Assembly: GCA_963634865.1 (NCBI GenBank)
Contig: CAVHDF010000001.1
Span: forward strand, 22,294 to 86,293
Source: Eggerthellaceae bacterium
GTDB taxonomy: Bacteria > Elusimicrobiota > Elusimicrobia > Elusimicrobiales > Elusimicrobiaceae
Direction of reading: 5' to 3'
DNA: 64,000 nt
Positions 8,085-17,192 of this stretch are shown here, in pieces; within the stretch, counting starts at the first letter, position 1; every line of letters begins with the position of its first letter. The notes beneath the pieces were generated by a model. That model had not been told where the DNA came from, ran no database searches, and saw only the letters and a list, made by a program, of their open reading frames with translations. Position numbers and translations under genes: made by a program.

Positions 8085-8552
8085 ATGGCTTTAGAAGAAA
8101 AAATAAAATTAAGCACGCTTTTGCCTGCGCAACGGATTTTCCTGCTTCGGGACCCGGCCAGTAAAGACGAGGTCCTGGAGCAACTTTTGCGGGTGCTCTG
8201 CCCGGCCGGCGGCGTATTGGACCGCCGTGAAGTGCAGCGTCAAATTGCCGAGCGTGAAAAAGGCATGTCCACCACCTTAGACACGGGCCTGGCTATTCCG
8301 CATGTGCGCCTGGAGGAGCTGGAGCAGTTTGAAGCGGCGTTGGCCGTATTGCCCCAAGGCTTGCCCGACCCGGCGGCGCACAAGGAAATCAAAGTTTTGT
8401 TTTTGTTGCTTTCTCCGGCGCGCCCGGCTTTCTTTCAAAAGCATTTGCAGGTGCTGGGGCTGCTGGCGCAGACCTTTACGCCGGAGCTGATGGCCCGGCT
8501 GGGCAGTTGCACCACCGCGGCTGAAGCGGCGCAGATTTTAGCAGATAAATAA
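8085..8552 (+). CDS. PTS EIIA (fructose/nitrogen-type) domain protein
   Basis: EREKGMSTTLDTGLAIPHVR, HLQVL. Confidence 0.88.
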   Translation: MALEEKIKLSTLLPAQRIFLLRDPASKDEVLEQLLRVLCPAGGVLDRREVQRQIAEREKGMSTTLDTGLAIPHVRLEELEQFEAALAVLPQGLPDPAAHKEIKVLFLLLSPARPAFFQKHLQVLGLLAQTFTPELMARLGSCTTAAEAAQILADK

Positions 8553-8566
8553 AAGGACCATACGCT

Positions 8567-9088
8567 ATGATTTATAAAGTAGTCAAATACGGGGACCCCA
8601 TTCTCCGCCAAAAACTAAAACCGACGGATTTTAAAACGCTGGAGCCTATTTTGCCCCAACTGATTAAGGATATGGAAGAGACCTGCCTGTCTGTGCACGG
8701 GGTGGGGTTGGCGGCCAACCAAATCGGTTTGAGTTACCGCATGGCGGTGATTTTGATTCCGTCTTCAGATAAAAAGAACGCCCCGCTCAAACGCGTGGTC
8801 ATTATCAACCCGGAGCTGGTGGAAAAACGCGGCGAAGTGGTGGAGGAAGAGGGATGTTTGTCTTTGCCGGGGCTGTGGGTGGAAATTCCGCGCGCCACGG
8901 ACGTGACCCTGGAATTTACCGACGAGACGGGCACGCGCCAACGGCTGCGCGCCCGCGGTTTGCTGGCCAAGGCGTTTCAGCATGAAATGGACCACTTGGA
9001 CGGGCAGCTGTTTATAGACCACGCCGACCCAGCCCTCAAGCCCGCCATCAAACGCGAAATTAAAAAGCTGCGAAAAGAGTGGAATTGA
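8567..9088 (+). CDS. def: Peptide deformylase
   Basis: GVGLAANQIG, EGCLSLPG, QHEMDHLDG. Confidence 0.97.
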   Translation: MIYKVVKYGDPILRQKLKPTDFKTLEPILPQLIKDMEETCLSVHGVGLAANQIGLSYRMAVILIPSSDKKNAPLKRVVIINPELVEKRGEVVEEEGCLSLPGLWVEIPRATDVTLEFTDETGTRQRLRARGLLAKAFQHEMDHLDGQLFIDHADPALKPAIKREIKKLRKEWN

Positions 9089-9111
9089 CGGCGCTATTTG
9101 CTTTTATATTC

Positions 9112-9140
9112 AAAGCCCCAGCCACTGGGGCTTTTGTTTT
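9112..9140 (+). terminator. Intrinsic terminator after def
   Basis: aaagccccag-cca-ctggggcttt plus T tail. Confidence 0.75.
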
Positions 9141-9226
9141 GCCCGGTCAAAAAACTTGCCAAGCGGGCCATAATAAGTTAAGGTAAAAAAGTAGGGTAGT
9201 TTAAACCAACAAGGAGAACATAGCTA

Positions 9227-10390
9227 ATGAAGAAACTACTGGGCTTGCTGCTGGTCATGACGATGGCTTGGCCTGTCAGCGCTGAAGTGTTCAAAGATGT
9301 GAATCTGGTCGGCGAGATACAAACCATCGCCTTTGACGCCCGCCACGACGGGAGCAACGAATTCGGTTCCGGCACCAAATACCGCGTGTTGGCGGGGGTG
9401 TCTGCCGAATTGGTAGAGGATGTGAGAGCCAATGTGTTGTTCCAATACAACAACGCTTGGAACGGCTCTACGGCTGGTGAAAACCTGCAACACTACTGGG
9501 ACAATGTAAAAGTGGCCGAGGCCAATGTGGTCTTGTCCAACTTGTTTGACTGCTTTGAGGCCACGGTCGGCCGCCAATTTTATGGCGATGAAGACAGCGC
9601 GGTCATGTATTTGGGTCCCAACCACTATGTGTTTAATATGAATGCGGCTCCGTCTTTAGACGCCGCCAAACTGACCTACAGCGACGATTTTAAAGCCGTC
9701 ACGGTGTTGGCTGGTAAAATCAAACGCCTCGTCTACGATTCCGACATTTACGGCGCGGACATGAAGATGAATTTAACCGACGCTTGGCAGCTGCAAGTGT
9801 ACGGCTACGACATTAAAAACAGCGAAGACAATGTAACCTATGACGGCAAACATTATGGGTTCTACGGCGCTAAAGCCACCTTTGCTCCGCAAGCCTTTGC
9901 CGTCAGCGCAGAGTACGCCCGCGGCTTTGAAGGCCACCGCTTGGTCAAAGAAGGCCATGACACGCCGTATATGGTCAAGGCGGATGCGGCTTTGTACTTG
10001 GAAGCCTTTACTCCCAGAGCTACTTTCTACTACGCCAAAGGGATCGTGTCTTCGTTTGGCAATTACTACCCGGGCTTGGCCGTCGGCCATTTGCTGGCGG
10101 GGATGAATATGCCTTTGAGCGATTACAGCGACGGCATCAGACTGTTCAATGTGGGCGTGGATTATGCCTGGAATAAGTTTGTGTTCTCTTTGGACGGCTT
10201 TTCCTTCCAAGACCGCACCGCGCAGCAATCCTCCACCTGGGAAGCGGATTTGGTGGCCAAATACAACCACAATGAATATGTGCAATTGTTTGCCGGTTTG
10301 GGCTATGCCAAATACAGCGCAGCCGACCAGCAAACGCAGTTTGCCAAAGATAACACGGTTGGCCAGTTGGGTATGTTGATTAAGTTCTAA
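9227..10390 (+). CDS. Outer-membrane beta-barrel / porin-like protein
   Basis: Signal peptide, amphipathic beta strands, TVGRQ motif, C-terminal LGMLIKF. Confidence 0.78.
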   Translation: MKKLLGLLLVMTMAWPVSAEVFKDVNLVGEIQTIAFDARHDGSNEFGSGTKYRVLAGVSAELVEDVRANVLFQYNNAWNGSTAGENLQHYWDNVKVAEANVVLSNLFDCFEATVGRQFYGDEDSAVMYLGPNHYVFNMNAAPSLDAAKLTYSDDFKAVTVLAGKIKRLVYDSDIYGADMKMNLTDAWQLQVYGYDIKNSEDNVTYDGKHYGFYGAKATFAPQAFAVSAEYARGFEGHRLVKEGHDTPYMVKADAALYLEAFTPRATFYYAKGIVSSFGNYYPGLAVGHLLAGMNMPLSDYSDGIRLFNVGVDYAWNKFVFSLDGFSFQDRTAQQSSTWEADLVAKYNHNEYVQLFAGLGYAKYSAADQQTQFAKDNTVGQLGMLIKF

Positions 10391-10436
10391 GCTTTTGCGG
10401 ATCACTTAATAAACCGTCCCGAACGGTTGATTTGCA

Positions 10437-10468
10437 GGGCCCCGCCTTTTGGGTGGGGCCCGCTTTTT
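10437..10468 (+). terminator. Intrinsic terminator after porin gene
   Basis: gggccccgcc / ggtggggccc stem then gcttttt. Confidence 0.7.
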
Positions 10469-10508
10469 GCTTTAGTGGGTTCAAAAGCAGGTAAAAGAGC
10501 CCAAGGGC

Positions 10509-11065
10509 CCCGCGAAGAAACCCTACTTTTCTCCAGGGCAGAGAAGTAGGCAAAAGACCCTTTTTATGTCCTTTTCTCTAGGGCAGAAAAGGACCAAAAG
10601 ACCACCGCGGAATATCTTACTTTTCTCCTGGGCAGAAAAGTAAGCAAAAGGCCCCGCGGGCCTGCGGAGCATAAAAAATAAAATTTTCTTTATTCCGCCT
10701 TTAACTCGCCGCTTATTAGCGGCTCAGACAAAAGGCGGATTTTTGTTGTAAATTTTATTTTTTATAAACGCTCCGATGGCCGCTGTGTAAACGGCGAACG
10801 GCAAAAGCGGCTGAGATCCCCGATAGAGACTCTCGGGGATGACGACGTTTTACAACGACTTTATACCCACTCTCTGTTGCCCTTGTCTTTATCTATGTCG
10901 TCATTCCCGAAGGTCGTAATCGGGAATCTCGGCCTTATTGTTTCTGCTGTTTATTTTTGTTTTGTCGTCGTAGAAGTTGGCAACTCTTTTTAAAACACTT
11001 GCACAATGTTTTTTTTTTGATAAATTTTGCGTATAGGCAAAATTTATCAAAAAAGGAACCCCATT
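10509..11065. repeat. Composite palindromic repeat / pilin upstream cassette, copy 2
   Basis: Aligns with 1669-2306; three hairpin units instead of two; REP-like block rearranged. Confidence 0.9.
10999..11054 (+). promoter_or_regulatory. Putative pilin promoter with T10 tract and inverted repeat, copy 2
   Basis: TTGCAC-16 bp-TAAATT; ttttttgataaattttgc / gcaaaatttatcaaaaaa. Confidence 0.6.
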
Positions 11066-11722
11066 ATGAAAAACTTCTCTACGGGCCGTTTAGGCCGGTT
11101 ATTCCTCAATGCCGTCACCCTGGAAAGTCGTAGTCCAGGGTCTGTTGTTACAAACAAGAGGAACACAACAGATGCTGGACTAAAACTTTCCAGCATGACC
11201 TTGTGTGATGAACGGAGAAGCGGCTTTACGCTCATTGAATTATTAGTCGTTGTGCTCATCATTGGCATACTTGCTGCCATTGCCTTGCCGAAGTATCAAG
11301 CGGCGGTGGCCCGCACCCGCTATCAGCAGTTGGTCATTGCGGGGACGGCCTTAAACAATGCCCAAAAACTGTTTTTTATGACCAATGGAGAATACCCCCA
11401 AAGTTTTGCAGAAATGGATATTTCTATGGGGGCTCCGCTTTCTGAGAAGTTGGTGCCGGTGGAAGGATACGGCAATCAGTTGGTTTTTAAGTGGAATTGG
11501 GGCAGTTGCGATTTGTCTCTGTACGGTGGCGGTGGCCGTACGCAGTGTCAAAGCAATTACTTTCCGGAGGTACCGGAGTTTACGGTGTACGCCGATGATG
11601 ATACTCGCCGCTATTGCCACGCCCAAATTGCCAGCTCTTTGGCCCAACAAGTGTGCCGGACGGAAACAGGGCGCAGCGAACCCTCCCACAAAGCGCCGAA
11701 TTTTTGGGAATACAAATATTAG
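11066..11722 (+). CDS. Type IV pilin (PilE-like) with leader extended by an in-frame palindromic insertion
   Basis: MKNFSTGRLG + 42 aa + G/FTLIELLVVVLIIGILAAIALPKY; four Cys in the globular part. Confidence 0.9.
   Translation: MKNFSTGRLGRLFLNAVTLESRSPGSVVTNKRNTTDAGLKLSSMTLCDERRSGFTLIELLVVVLIIGILAAIALPKYQAAVARTRYQQLVIAGTALNNAQKLFFMTNGEYPQSFAEMDISMGAPLSEKLVPVEGYGNQLVFKWNWGSCDLSLYGGGGRTQCQSNYFPEVPEFTVYADDDTRRYCHAQIASSLAQQVCRTETGRSEPSHKAPNFWEYKY
11096..11221. repeat. REP-like palindrome doublet inside the pilin leader
   Basis: gtcaccctggaaagtcgtagtccagggtctgttgt ... acaacagatgctggactaaaactttccagcatgac; 126 bp absent from the paralog at 2307. Confidence 0.85.
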
Positions 11723-11735
11723 TTGGCGCTAGCGG

Positions 11736-12482
11736 TTAATTCTTTTTGCCCTGATTGGCCACGGCGGCCATTTTACGTTTGATTTCCTCGGGGTCGCCCA
11801 GGAAATAGTCCTGGGTTAGCCGCAGCTGGTCATCAAATTCAAACACATACGGTGCGCCCGTGGGCAGGTTCAGCGCAGAAATATCCGCGTCCGAAATGCC
11901 CTTGAGGTATTTGATAATCCCGCGCAGACTATTGCCGTGCGCCGCCACCAGCAAGGTGTCCTCTTGCTCTAAGCGGGGGAAAATTTCCTCTTTCCAATAA
12001 GGCAAAATGCGCTCTATCGTGTCTTTGAGCGATTCGGTCAGCGGCAGGTATTGCGGCGGCACATTGTGGTAACGCGGGTCCAACCGCGGGTTGCGCGGGT
12101 CGGCCTCGGTCAAGGCCGGGGCGGGCACGTCATAACTGCGCCGCCAAATTTTCACTTGTTCCTCGCCGTATTTGGCAGCGGTTTCGCTCTTGTTGAGCCC
12201 TTGCAAGGCGCCGTAATGTTTTTCGTTTAAGCGCCACGATTTTTCCACCGGGATCCACTCCCGGTTGAGCTCCTCTAGCACCAAATCCAGCGTTTTGACC
12301 GCCCGGCGCAAATAAGAAGTAAACGCCCGCTGCGGCAAAATGTTTTGCTCTTTAAGCAGCCGCCCGGCTTGGCGGGCTTCCGCTATGCCTTGCTCGGTCA
12401 GCGGTACGTCCGTCCACCCCGTAAAACGGTTTTCCAAATTCCACGCGCTTTGCCCGTGGCGCAGTAAAATAATTTTTTTCAT
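11736..12482 (-). CDS. gpmA: 2,3-bisphosphoglycerate-dependent phosphoglycerate mutase
   Basis: [38 protein letters not shown]. Confidence 0.97.
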   Translation of the reverse strand: MKKIILLRHGQSAWNLENRFTGWTDVPLTEQGIAEARQAGRLLKEQNILPQRAFTSYLRRAVKTLDLVLEELNREWIPVEKSWRLNEKHYGALQGLNKSETAAKYGEEQVKIWRRSYDVPAPALTEADPRNPRLDPRYHNVPPQYLPLTESLKDTIERILPYWKEEIFPRLEQEDTLLVAAHGNSLRGIIKYLKGISDADISALNLPTGAPYVFEFDDQLRLTQDYFLGDPEEIKRKMAAVANQGKKN

Positions 12483-12566
12483 ACAAGCCCCCTTTGTCTA
12501 TAGTATAACTCTTTGCCGCGGCGGCGGCAGCAAAAATTTAGTTATAATAGTAATACAGGAGGAGTT

Positions 12567-13298
12567 ATGTCCCAACCCGTGTGCATTATGAAATTTGGCG
12601 GCAATACGCTGGCCAATAAGGCGAAACTTTTTATGGCGGCGGACTTGATTAAGTCCCGCTACGATAAGGGCTTTTTGCCCGTGATTGTGGCCTCGGCCAA
12701 CGGCAATTTGACCGATGTCTTGCTGGACCACGCCTACAGCATCAGCCGTAACCCGGACAAACGCGAGTTGGATATGCTCATCACCACCGGGGAGCGCGTC
12801 AGTGTGGCGCTGCTGTCTATTGCCTTGCGCGACCGGGGGGTGCCGTCGGTCTCGCTGACTGGCAGCCAAATTGGACTTATTACCACCTGCGCCCATACCG
12901 GGGCGGATATTTTAACGCTCAAGGGCGACCGTTTGAAAAAAGAGTTGGCGCAGGGGCACGTGCCCGTGGTGGCCGGCTTTCAGGGCATTGGGGAGAACAA
13001 AGAAATCACCACCCTAAAGCGCGGCGGCAGCGATGTATCTGCCGTGTTTTTGGCGGCGCAGTTGGGCGCGGACCATGTGGAAATGGTTAAGGATGTGGAC
13101 GGAGTGTACTCGGCCGACCCCAACAAGGACCAAAAGGCCCAAAAATACGAAGTGTTGGATTTTGACGAAATGTACAAACTGGCTTTGAATGGCGCCAGCG
13201 TGCTGCACCCCGACGCCGTGCGCCTGGCCAAGGAAAAGGGCGTAGAAATCCGCATCGTACATTACCAAACCGGGCAAACGGGTACGGTGATTAAATAA
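12567..13298 (+). CDS. Aspartate kinase-like protein, catalytic domain only
   Basis: MKFGG, RELDMLITTGE, VVAGFQG, TTLKRGGSD, DVDGVYSADP; GGAGG RBS before ATG 12567. Confidence 0.85.
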   Translation: MSQPVCIMKFGGNTLANKAKLFMAADLIKSRYDKGFLPVIVASANGNLTDVLLDHAYSISRNPDKRELDMLITTGERVSVALLSIALRDRGVPSVSLTGSQIGLITTCAHTGADILTLKGDRLKKELAQGHVPVVAGFQGIGENKEITTLKRGGSDVSAVFLAAQLGADHVEMVKDVDGVYSADPNKDQKAQKYEVLDFDEMYKLALNGASVLHPDAVRLAKEKGVEIRIVHYQTGQTGTVIK

Positions 13299-13317
13299 AA
13301 AGCTATTTAAATGGGTG

Positions 13318-13343
13318 GGGCCCCGCAAGCAGCGGGGCCCTTT
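13318..13343 (+). terminator. Probable terminator hairpin
   Basis: gggccccgc-aagca-gcggggccc-ttt. Confidence 0.6.
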
Positions 13344-13394
13344 GTATTGCCAAACGGGCGTGCCCGAACGCGCGATATTTAGTAGAATAGCATT

Positions 13395-14030
13395 ATGGAT
13401 TTGTTTCTGATTTTGCCGGTTTTGTTTTTCTCCATTGTGCTGCATGAGTTTGCGCACGGCTATGCCGCGTACAAAATGGGCGATGACACCGCCTACATCA
13501 TGGGGCGGCTGACGCTCAATCCGTTGCGCCACATTGACCCCATCGGCACCTTGGCGGTCCCGGCGATTTGTTACCTGTGCGGTCTGCCCTTGTTCGGCTG
13601 GGCCAAGCCCGTGCCGGTCAATGCCTTGCGCTTGCCGTCTCCGCGCCAAAGCATGGGCAAAGTGGCCTTGGCCGGACCGACGGCCAATTTATTGCTGGCG
13701 GTGGTGTGTGCGTTTTTGATTAAGTTGTTGTTGGTGTCGGCCTGGTTGAGCCCGGCGGCCACCGAGCAGCTGGTCCGGCTGTTTATATACGGCTTGCAAA
13801 TCAATGTGTTGCTGGCGGTGTTTAACTTAATGCCCATTACGCCGCTGGACGGCGGGCACATTGTAGAGGCGTTGCTGCCGCTGCGGGCGGCGTTGGCGTA
13901 TTCGCATTTCTTCAGCCGCTTTGGCATGTACGTGGTGCTGGGGCTGATTGTTACGGGGCTGTTTCGCTTTATTTTATATCCGCCGATGTATTTTATCGTC
14001 AGTTTGCTGGGCAAAATTTTTGGTATTTGA
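13395..14030 (+). CDS. Site-2 protease family (M50) membrane metalloprotease
   Basis: HEFAH, GRLTLNP, FGWAKPVPVN, NLMPITPLDGG. Confidence 0.93.
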   Translation: MDLFLILPVLFFSIVLHEFAHGYAAYKMGDDTAYIMGRLTLNPLRHIDPIGTLAVPAICYLCGLPLFGWAKPVPVNALRLPSPRQSMGKVALAGPTANLLLAVVCAFLIKLLLVSAWLSPAATEQLVRLFIYGLQINVLLAVFNLMPITPLDGGHIVEALLPLRAALAYSHFFSRFGMYVVLGLIVTGLFRFILYPPMYFIVSLLGKIFGI

Positions 14031-14036
14031 GGATTT

Positions 14037-14801
14037 ATGATCAACACCGCACCCATCAATGTGCATATCAATGTGTTTGAAGGCCCCATGGACCTGCTGC
14101 TGCACTTGATTAAAAAAGACAATTTGGACGTAACCGATGTGACGGTGTCTGAGATTACCAAGCAGTATTTGGACTATCTCAACGTGATGAAAGAACTGAA
14201 CCTGGAAATTGCCGGGGAGTTTTTAGTCATGGCCAGCACGCTCATGCAAATCAAGACCAAGAGTTTGCTGCCTTCCCAAGTGCCCACCAGCGAGAACGAA
14301 GGCCCCGATCCGGCCAAAGAATTAATCGCCAAATTGCTGGAGTATCAAAAATACAAAGAGGCCGGCAAATTTTTGGACGAAAAACTGGAAGAGAACAAAG
14401 ATAACTTTTATAAATCGGCTCCTATTTTTGACAATGGCGAAAAAGTGCTTAATTTGCAATTGTTTGACTTGCTTTCCGCCGTCAAACGTGCCTTTGACCG
14501 CTTGGATGAGCGCAAACGCATTGAGCTGCTGAAAATTGAAGAATTTCCCATTGAAACCAAAATGGAAAAAGTGGTGGATATGCTTAAGGCCCGCCCGTGG
14601 GTGCTGCTGGATGACATTTTTGTGGGCGAGACCAAAAAACGCGGCATCATTACGTGCTTTATGGCGGTGCTGGAGCTGATGAAGATTAAAAAATTATTGG
14701 CCCGCCAAGACGAACAAGACGGCCAAATCCGCATTTATTTAAACCCCGATAACAAAGACAAAGACTTCCGCGAACTCATGCACGGGGACGCGGCAGCCTA
14801 A
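14037..14801 (+). CDS. scpA: Segregation and condensation protein A
   Basis: FEGPMDLLLHLIKK, ITKQYL, EFLVMASTL, FMAVLEL. Confidence 0.93.
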   Translation: MINTAPINVHINVFEGPMDLLLHLIKKDNLDVTDVTVSEITKQYLDYLNVMKELNLEIAGEFLVMASTLMQIKTKSLLPSQVPTSENEGPDPAKELIAKLLEYQKYKEAGKFLDEKLEENKDNFYKSAPIFDNGEKVLNLQLFDLLSAVKRAFDRLDERKRIELLKIEEFPIETKMEKVVDMLKARPWVLLDDIFVGETKKRGIITCFMAVLELMKIKKLLARQDEQDGQIRIYLNPDNKDKDFRELMHGDAAA

Positions 14802-14811
14802 CGGAGAACTT

Positions 14812-15735
14812 ATGGAAGAAACTTTACATCCCGCTTCCCCCGAAAATACCCCGGATACCCCGCAGGCCCCGGCGCAGCCGGCCCAGCAACCCTTGCTGGA
14901 GGCCGATGACGCCAAGCAAATTGTGGAGAATTTACTTTTTATTACCGACCGTCCGCTCAAACCTTCTCGCATTGCCGAAGTGGTGGAGACGGTCAACGCC
15001 AAGCGCGTGCTGGAAATCATTCAGGAGCTGACCCGGGAATACGAAGACACGGGCCGCGCCATCCGCATTTTGGAAATCGGCGGCGGGTACCAGATGTGCA
15101 CCAAGCCCGAATATGGCCGCTGGGTGCGCCGCTTGTACAATGAAAAAATGACCACCCGCCTCTCCAACGCCGCTTTGGAAACGTTGGCCATTGTGGCCTA
15201 TAAGCAGCCTGTCACGCGTGCGGAAATGGAAATGATTCGCGGGGTGGATGTGGCCGCCCCGTTAGAGAAATTGTTAGAGCGCGGTTTGGTGCGGGTGCTG
15301 GGCAAGCGCGACACCATCGGCCGCCCCATGGTCTATGGCACCACGGATGAATTTTTGCGGTTGTTTGGACTAAATAAAATTTCCGAACTGCCGGATCTGC
15401 AGGTTTTTGCGGCCAAGCAGCTGCAAGAGAAACAAGAGGATTTGCCGTTTGACGAAAAGCTGCCCCCGCTGGGCGAACCGGCCATTTTGGCCTTGGAAGA
15501 AGAGACCGGCGACGCGGCAGATGCATTCTTTAAGCGGCCCAAGAATATGTTTGAGCCGGAGGAGGAACCGGCCCCGGCGCAGGAAACGGCTCCCGCCGCA
15601 TCCGAAGCCCCCGCTCAGACCCCCGATTTATCTACGTCCACCCCGGCGGAGCAGCCGGCGGACGCCGAGCCAGCGGCGCAACCCGCCGCCCCCGCCGAAG
15701 CAGCGGATTTAAACACCCAGGAGGAACCCAAATGA
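14812..15735 (+). CDS. scpB: Segregation and condensation protein B with long acidic Pro/Ala tail
   Basis: LSNAALETLAIVAYKQPVTRAE, GRPMVYGTTDEFL. Confidence 0.95.
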   Translation: MEETLHPASPENTPDTPQAPAQPAQQPLLEADDAKQIVENLLFITDRPLKPSRIAEVVETVNAKRVLEIIQELTREYEDTGRAIRILEIGGGYQMCTKPEYGRWVRRLYNEKMTTRLSNAALETLAIVAYKQPVTRAEMEMIRGVDVAAPLEKLLERGLVRVLGKRDTIGRPMVYGTTDEFLRLFGLNKISELPDLQVFAAKQLQEKQEDLPFDEKLPPLGEPAILALEEETGDAADAFFKRPKNMFEPEEEPAPAQETAPAASEAPAQTPDLSTSTPAEQPADAEPAAQPAAPAEAADLNTQEEPK

Positions 15736-17183
15736 ATATTGTCATGGCAGCCAGTGAAGCTTTTCCTTTTTGCAAAACCGGAGGTTTGGCCGATGTGGTC
15801 GGCGCGCTGAGCCAGCAGCTGGCCGGGCGCAAAGGCAATAAGGTGCTTTTGTTCCTGCCGCATTACCGCAATATCCGGCGCGTTTCGTCGCTCAAAGTGG
15901 TGCCGGGGGTGTTCTTAATCCCAATTGGCGGACGCATTGAGCAGGTGTCTTTGTCTTATATCAACTGGGGCAAGGTGCTGGTGTTTTTTGTGGGCAACCG
16001 CAAGTACTTTGACCGCCCGGATTTTTACCGCACCAAAACCGGTGATTATTTGGATAACGACGAACGCTTTATCTTATTTAGCCGCGCCGTGTTGGAAGGG
16101 TGCAAGTTTGTGGGGTTCCGCCCGGATTTAATCCACTGCCACGACTGGCAAAGCGCTTTGATTGCCGCTTACCTCAAAACCGTTTACAAATTGGACGCTT
16201 TTTACACCCGCACCCGCTGCCTGCTGACCATTCACAACATTGCTTATCAGGGGCATTTTCCGTATTCCAGCTTTGAAAAGGCGGGTTTCCACCCAGCCGA
16301 TTTTACGCCGGATAAATTTGAATACTACGGCGGAATCAGCTTTTTAAAGAGCGGTATTGTATTTGCCGATAATGTCAGCACCGTCAGCCCGCATTATGCG
16401 CAAGAGGTGCAGACGGACCCGTCTATGGGCTTTGGCTTGGAGGGGTTGCTCAAGTACCGCCGCAAAAATTTCTACGGTATCGTCAACGGCATTGATACGG
16501 AAATTTGGGACCCGGAAATTGATACGTTGCTGCCCATTGGCTATGATGCGGCGACCTTTGCCAAAAACAAACCCGTGTCTAAACAGCAGCTGCAGCAAGA
16601 GCTGAATTTGGAAGAGAACCCGACCAAACCGCTGGTGGGCATTGTCTCCCGCTTGGACTATCAAAAGGGGCTGGACGCCGCCCTGGGCGCTATAGAGCGT
16701 TTGCACGGCAAGGCCCAGTTTGTCATTTTGGGCTGTGGGGACCCGGTGTTGGAGAAACAATACCGCGCTTTGGCCAAAAAATATCCGGCCGATATTGCGT
16801 ACCAAGGCAAGCTGGATGAAGAACTGGCGCATCAAATTTACGCTGGGGCGGATTTGTTCTTAATGCCTTCTCGCTTTGAGCCGTGCGGATTGTCGCAGAT
16901 GATTTCTATGAAGTATGGCACGCTGCCCGTGGTCAGCAAAGTGGGCGGACTGGTGGACACCGTCGTCGGGTACAAAGACGGCAGCGACAATGCCGCCGCA
17001 ACGGGCTTTTTCATCGGCAACTTCAGCGAAAACGGCATTTACGCCGCGCTGGATAAGGCCTTGTCCTTATACCCGGACAAAAAACTGTGGAACAAGCTGG
17101 TTAAAAATGCCATGCTTAAGGACAATTCGTGGGATAAATCGGCCCAGGATTATATGGAGCTGTATAAAAAGACAGCCGCTTAG
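15732..17183 (+). CDS. glgA: Glycogen synthase
   Basis: KTGGLADV, HCHDWQ, TIHNIAYQG, MPSRFEPCGLSQ. Confidence 0.96.
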   Translation: MNIVMAASEAFPFCKTGGLADVVGALSQQLAGRKGNKVLLFLPHYRNIRRVSSLKVVPGVFLIPIGGRIEQVSLSYINWGKVLVFFVGNRKYFDRPDFYRTKTGDYLDNDERFILFSRAVLEGCKFVGFRPDLIHCHDWQSALIAAYLKTVYKLDAFYTRTRCLLTIHNIAYQGHFPYSSFEKAGFHPADFTPDKFEYYGGISFLKSGIVFADNVSTVSPHYAQEVQTDPSMGFGLEGLLKYRRKNFYGIVNGIDTEIWDPEIDTLLPIGYDAATFAKNKPVSKQQLQQELNLEENPTKPLVGIVSRLDYQKGLDAALGAIERLHGKAQFVILGCGDPVLEKQYRALAKKYPADIAYQGKLDEELAHQIYAGADLFLMPSRFEPCGLSQMISMKYGTLPVVSKVGGLVDTVVGYKDGSDNAAATGFFIGNFSENGIYAALDKALSLYPDKKLWNKLVKNAMLKDNSWDKSAQDYMELYKKTAA

Positions 17184-17192
17184 AGAGGATTT

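Noticed and set aside
15540..15735. Pro/Ala/Glu-rich ScpB tail as a novel domain
   Set aside because: Disordered acidic tails are frequent on ScpB; no repeat or motif is visible
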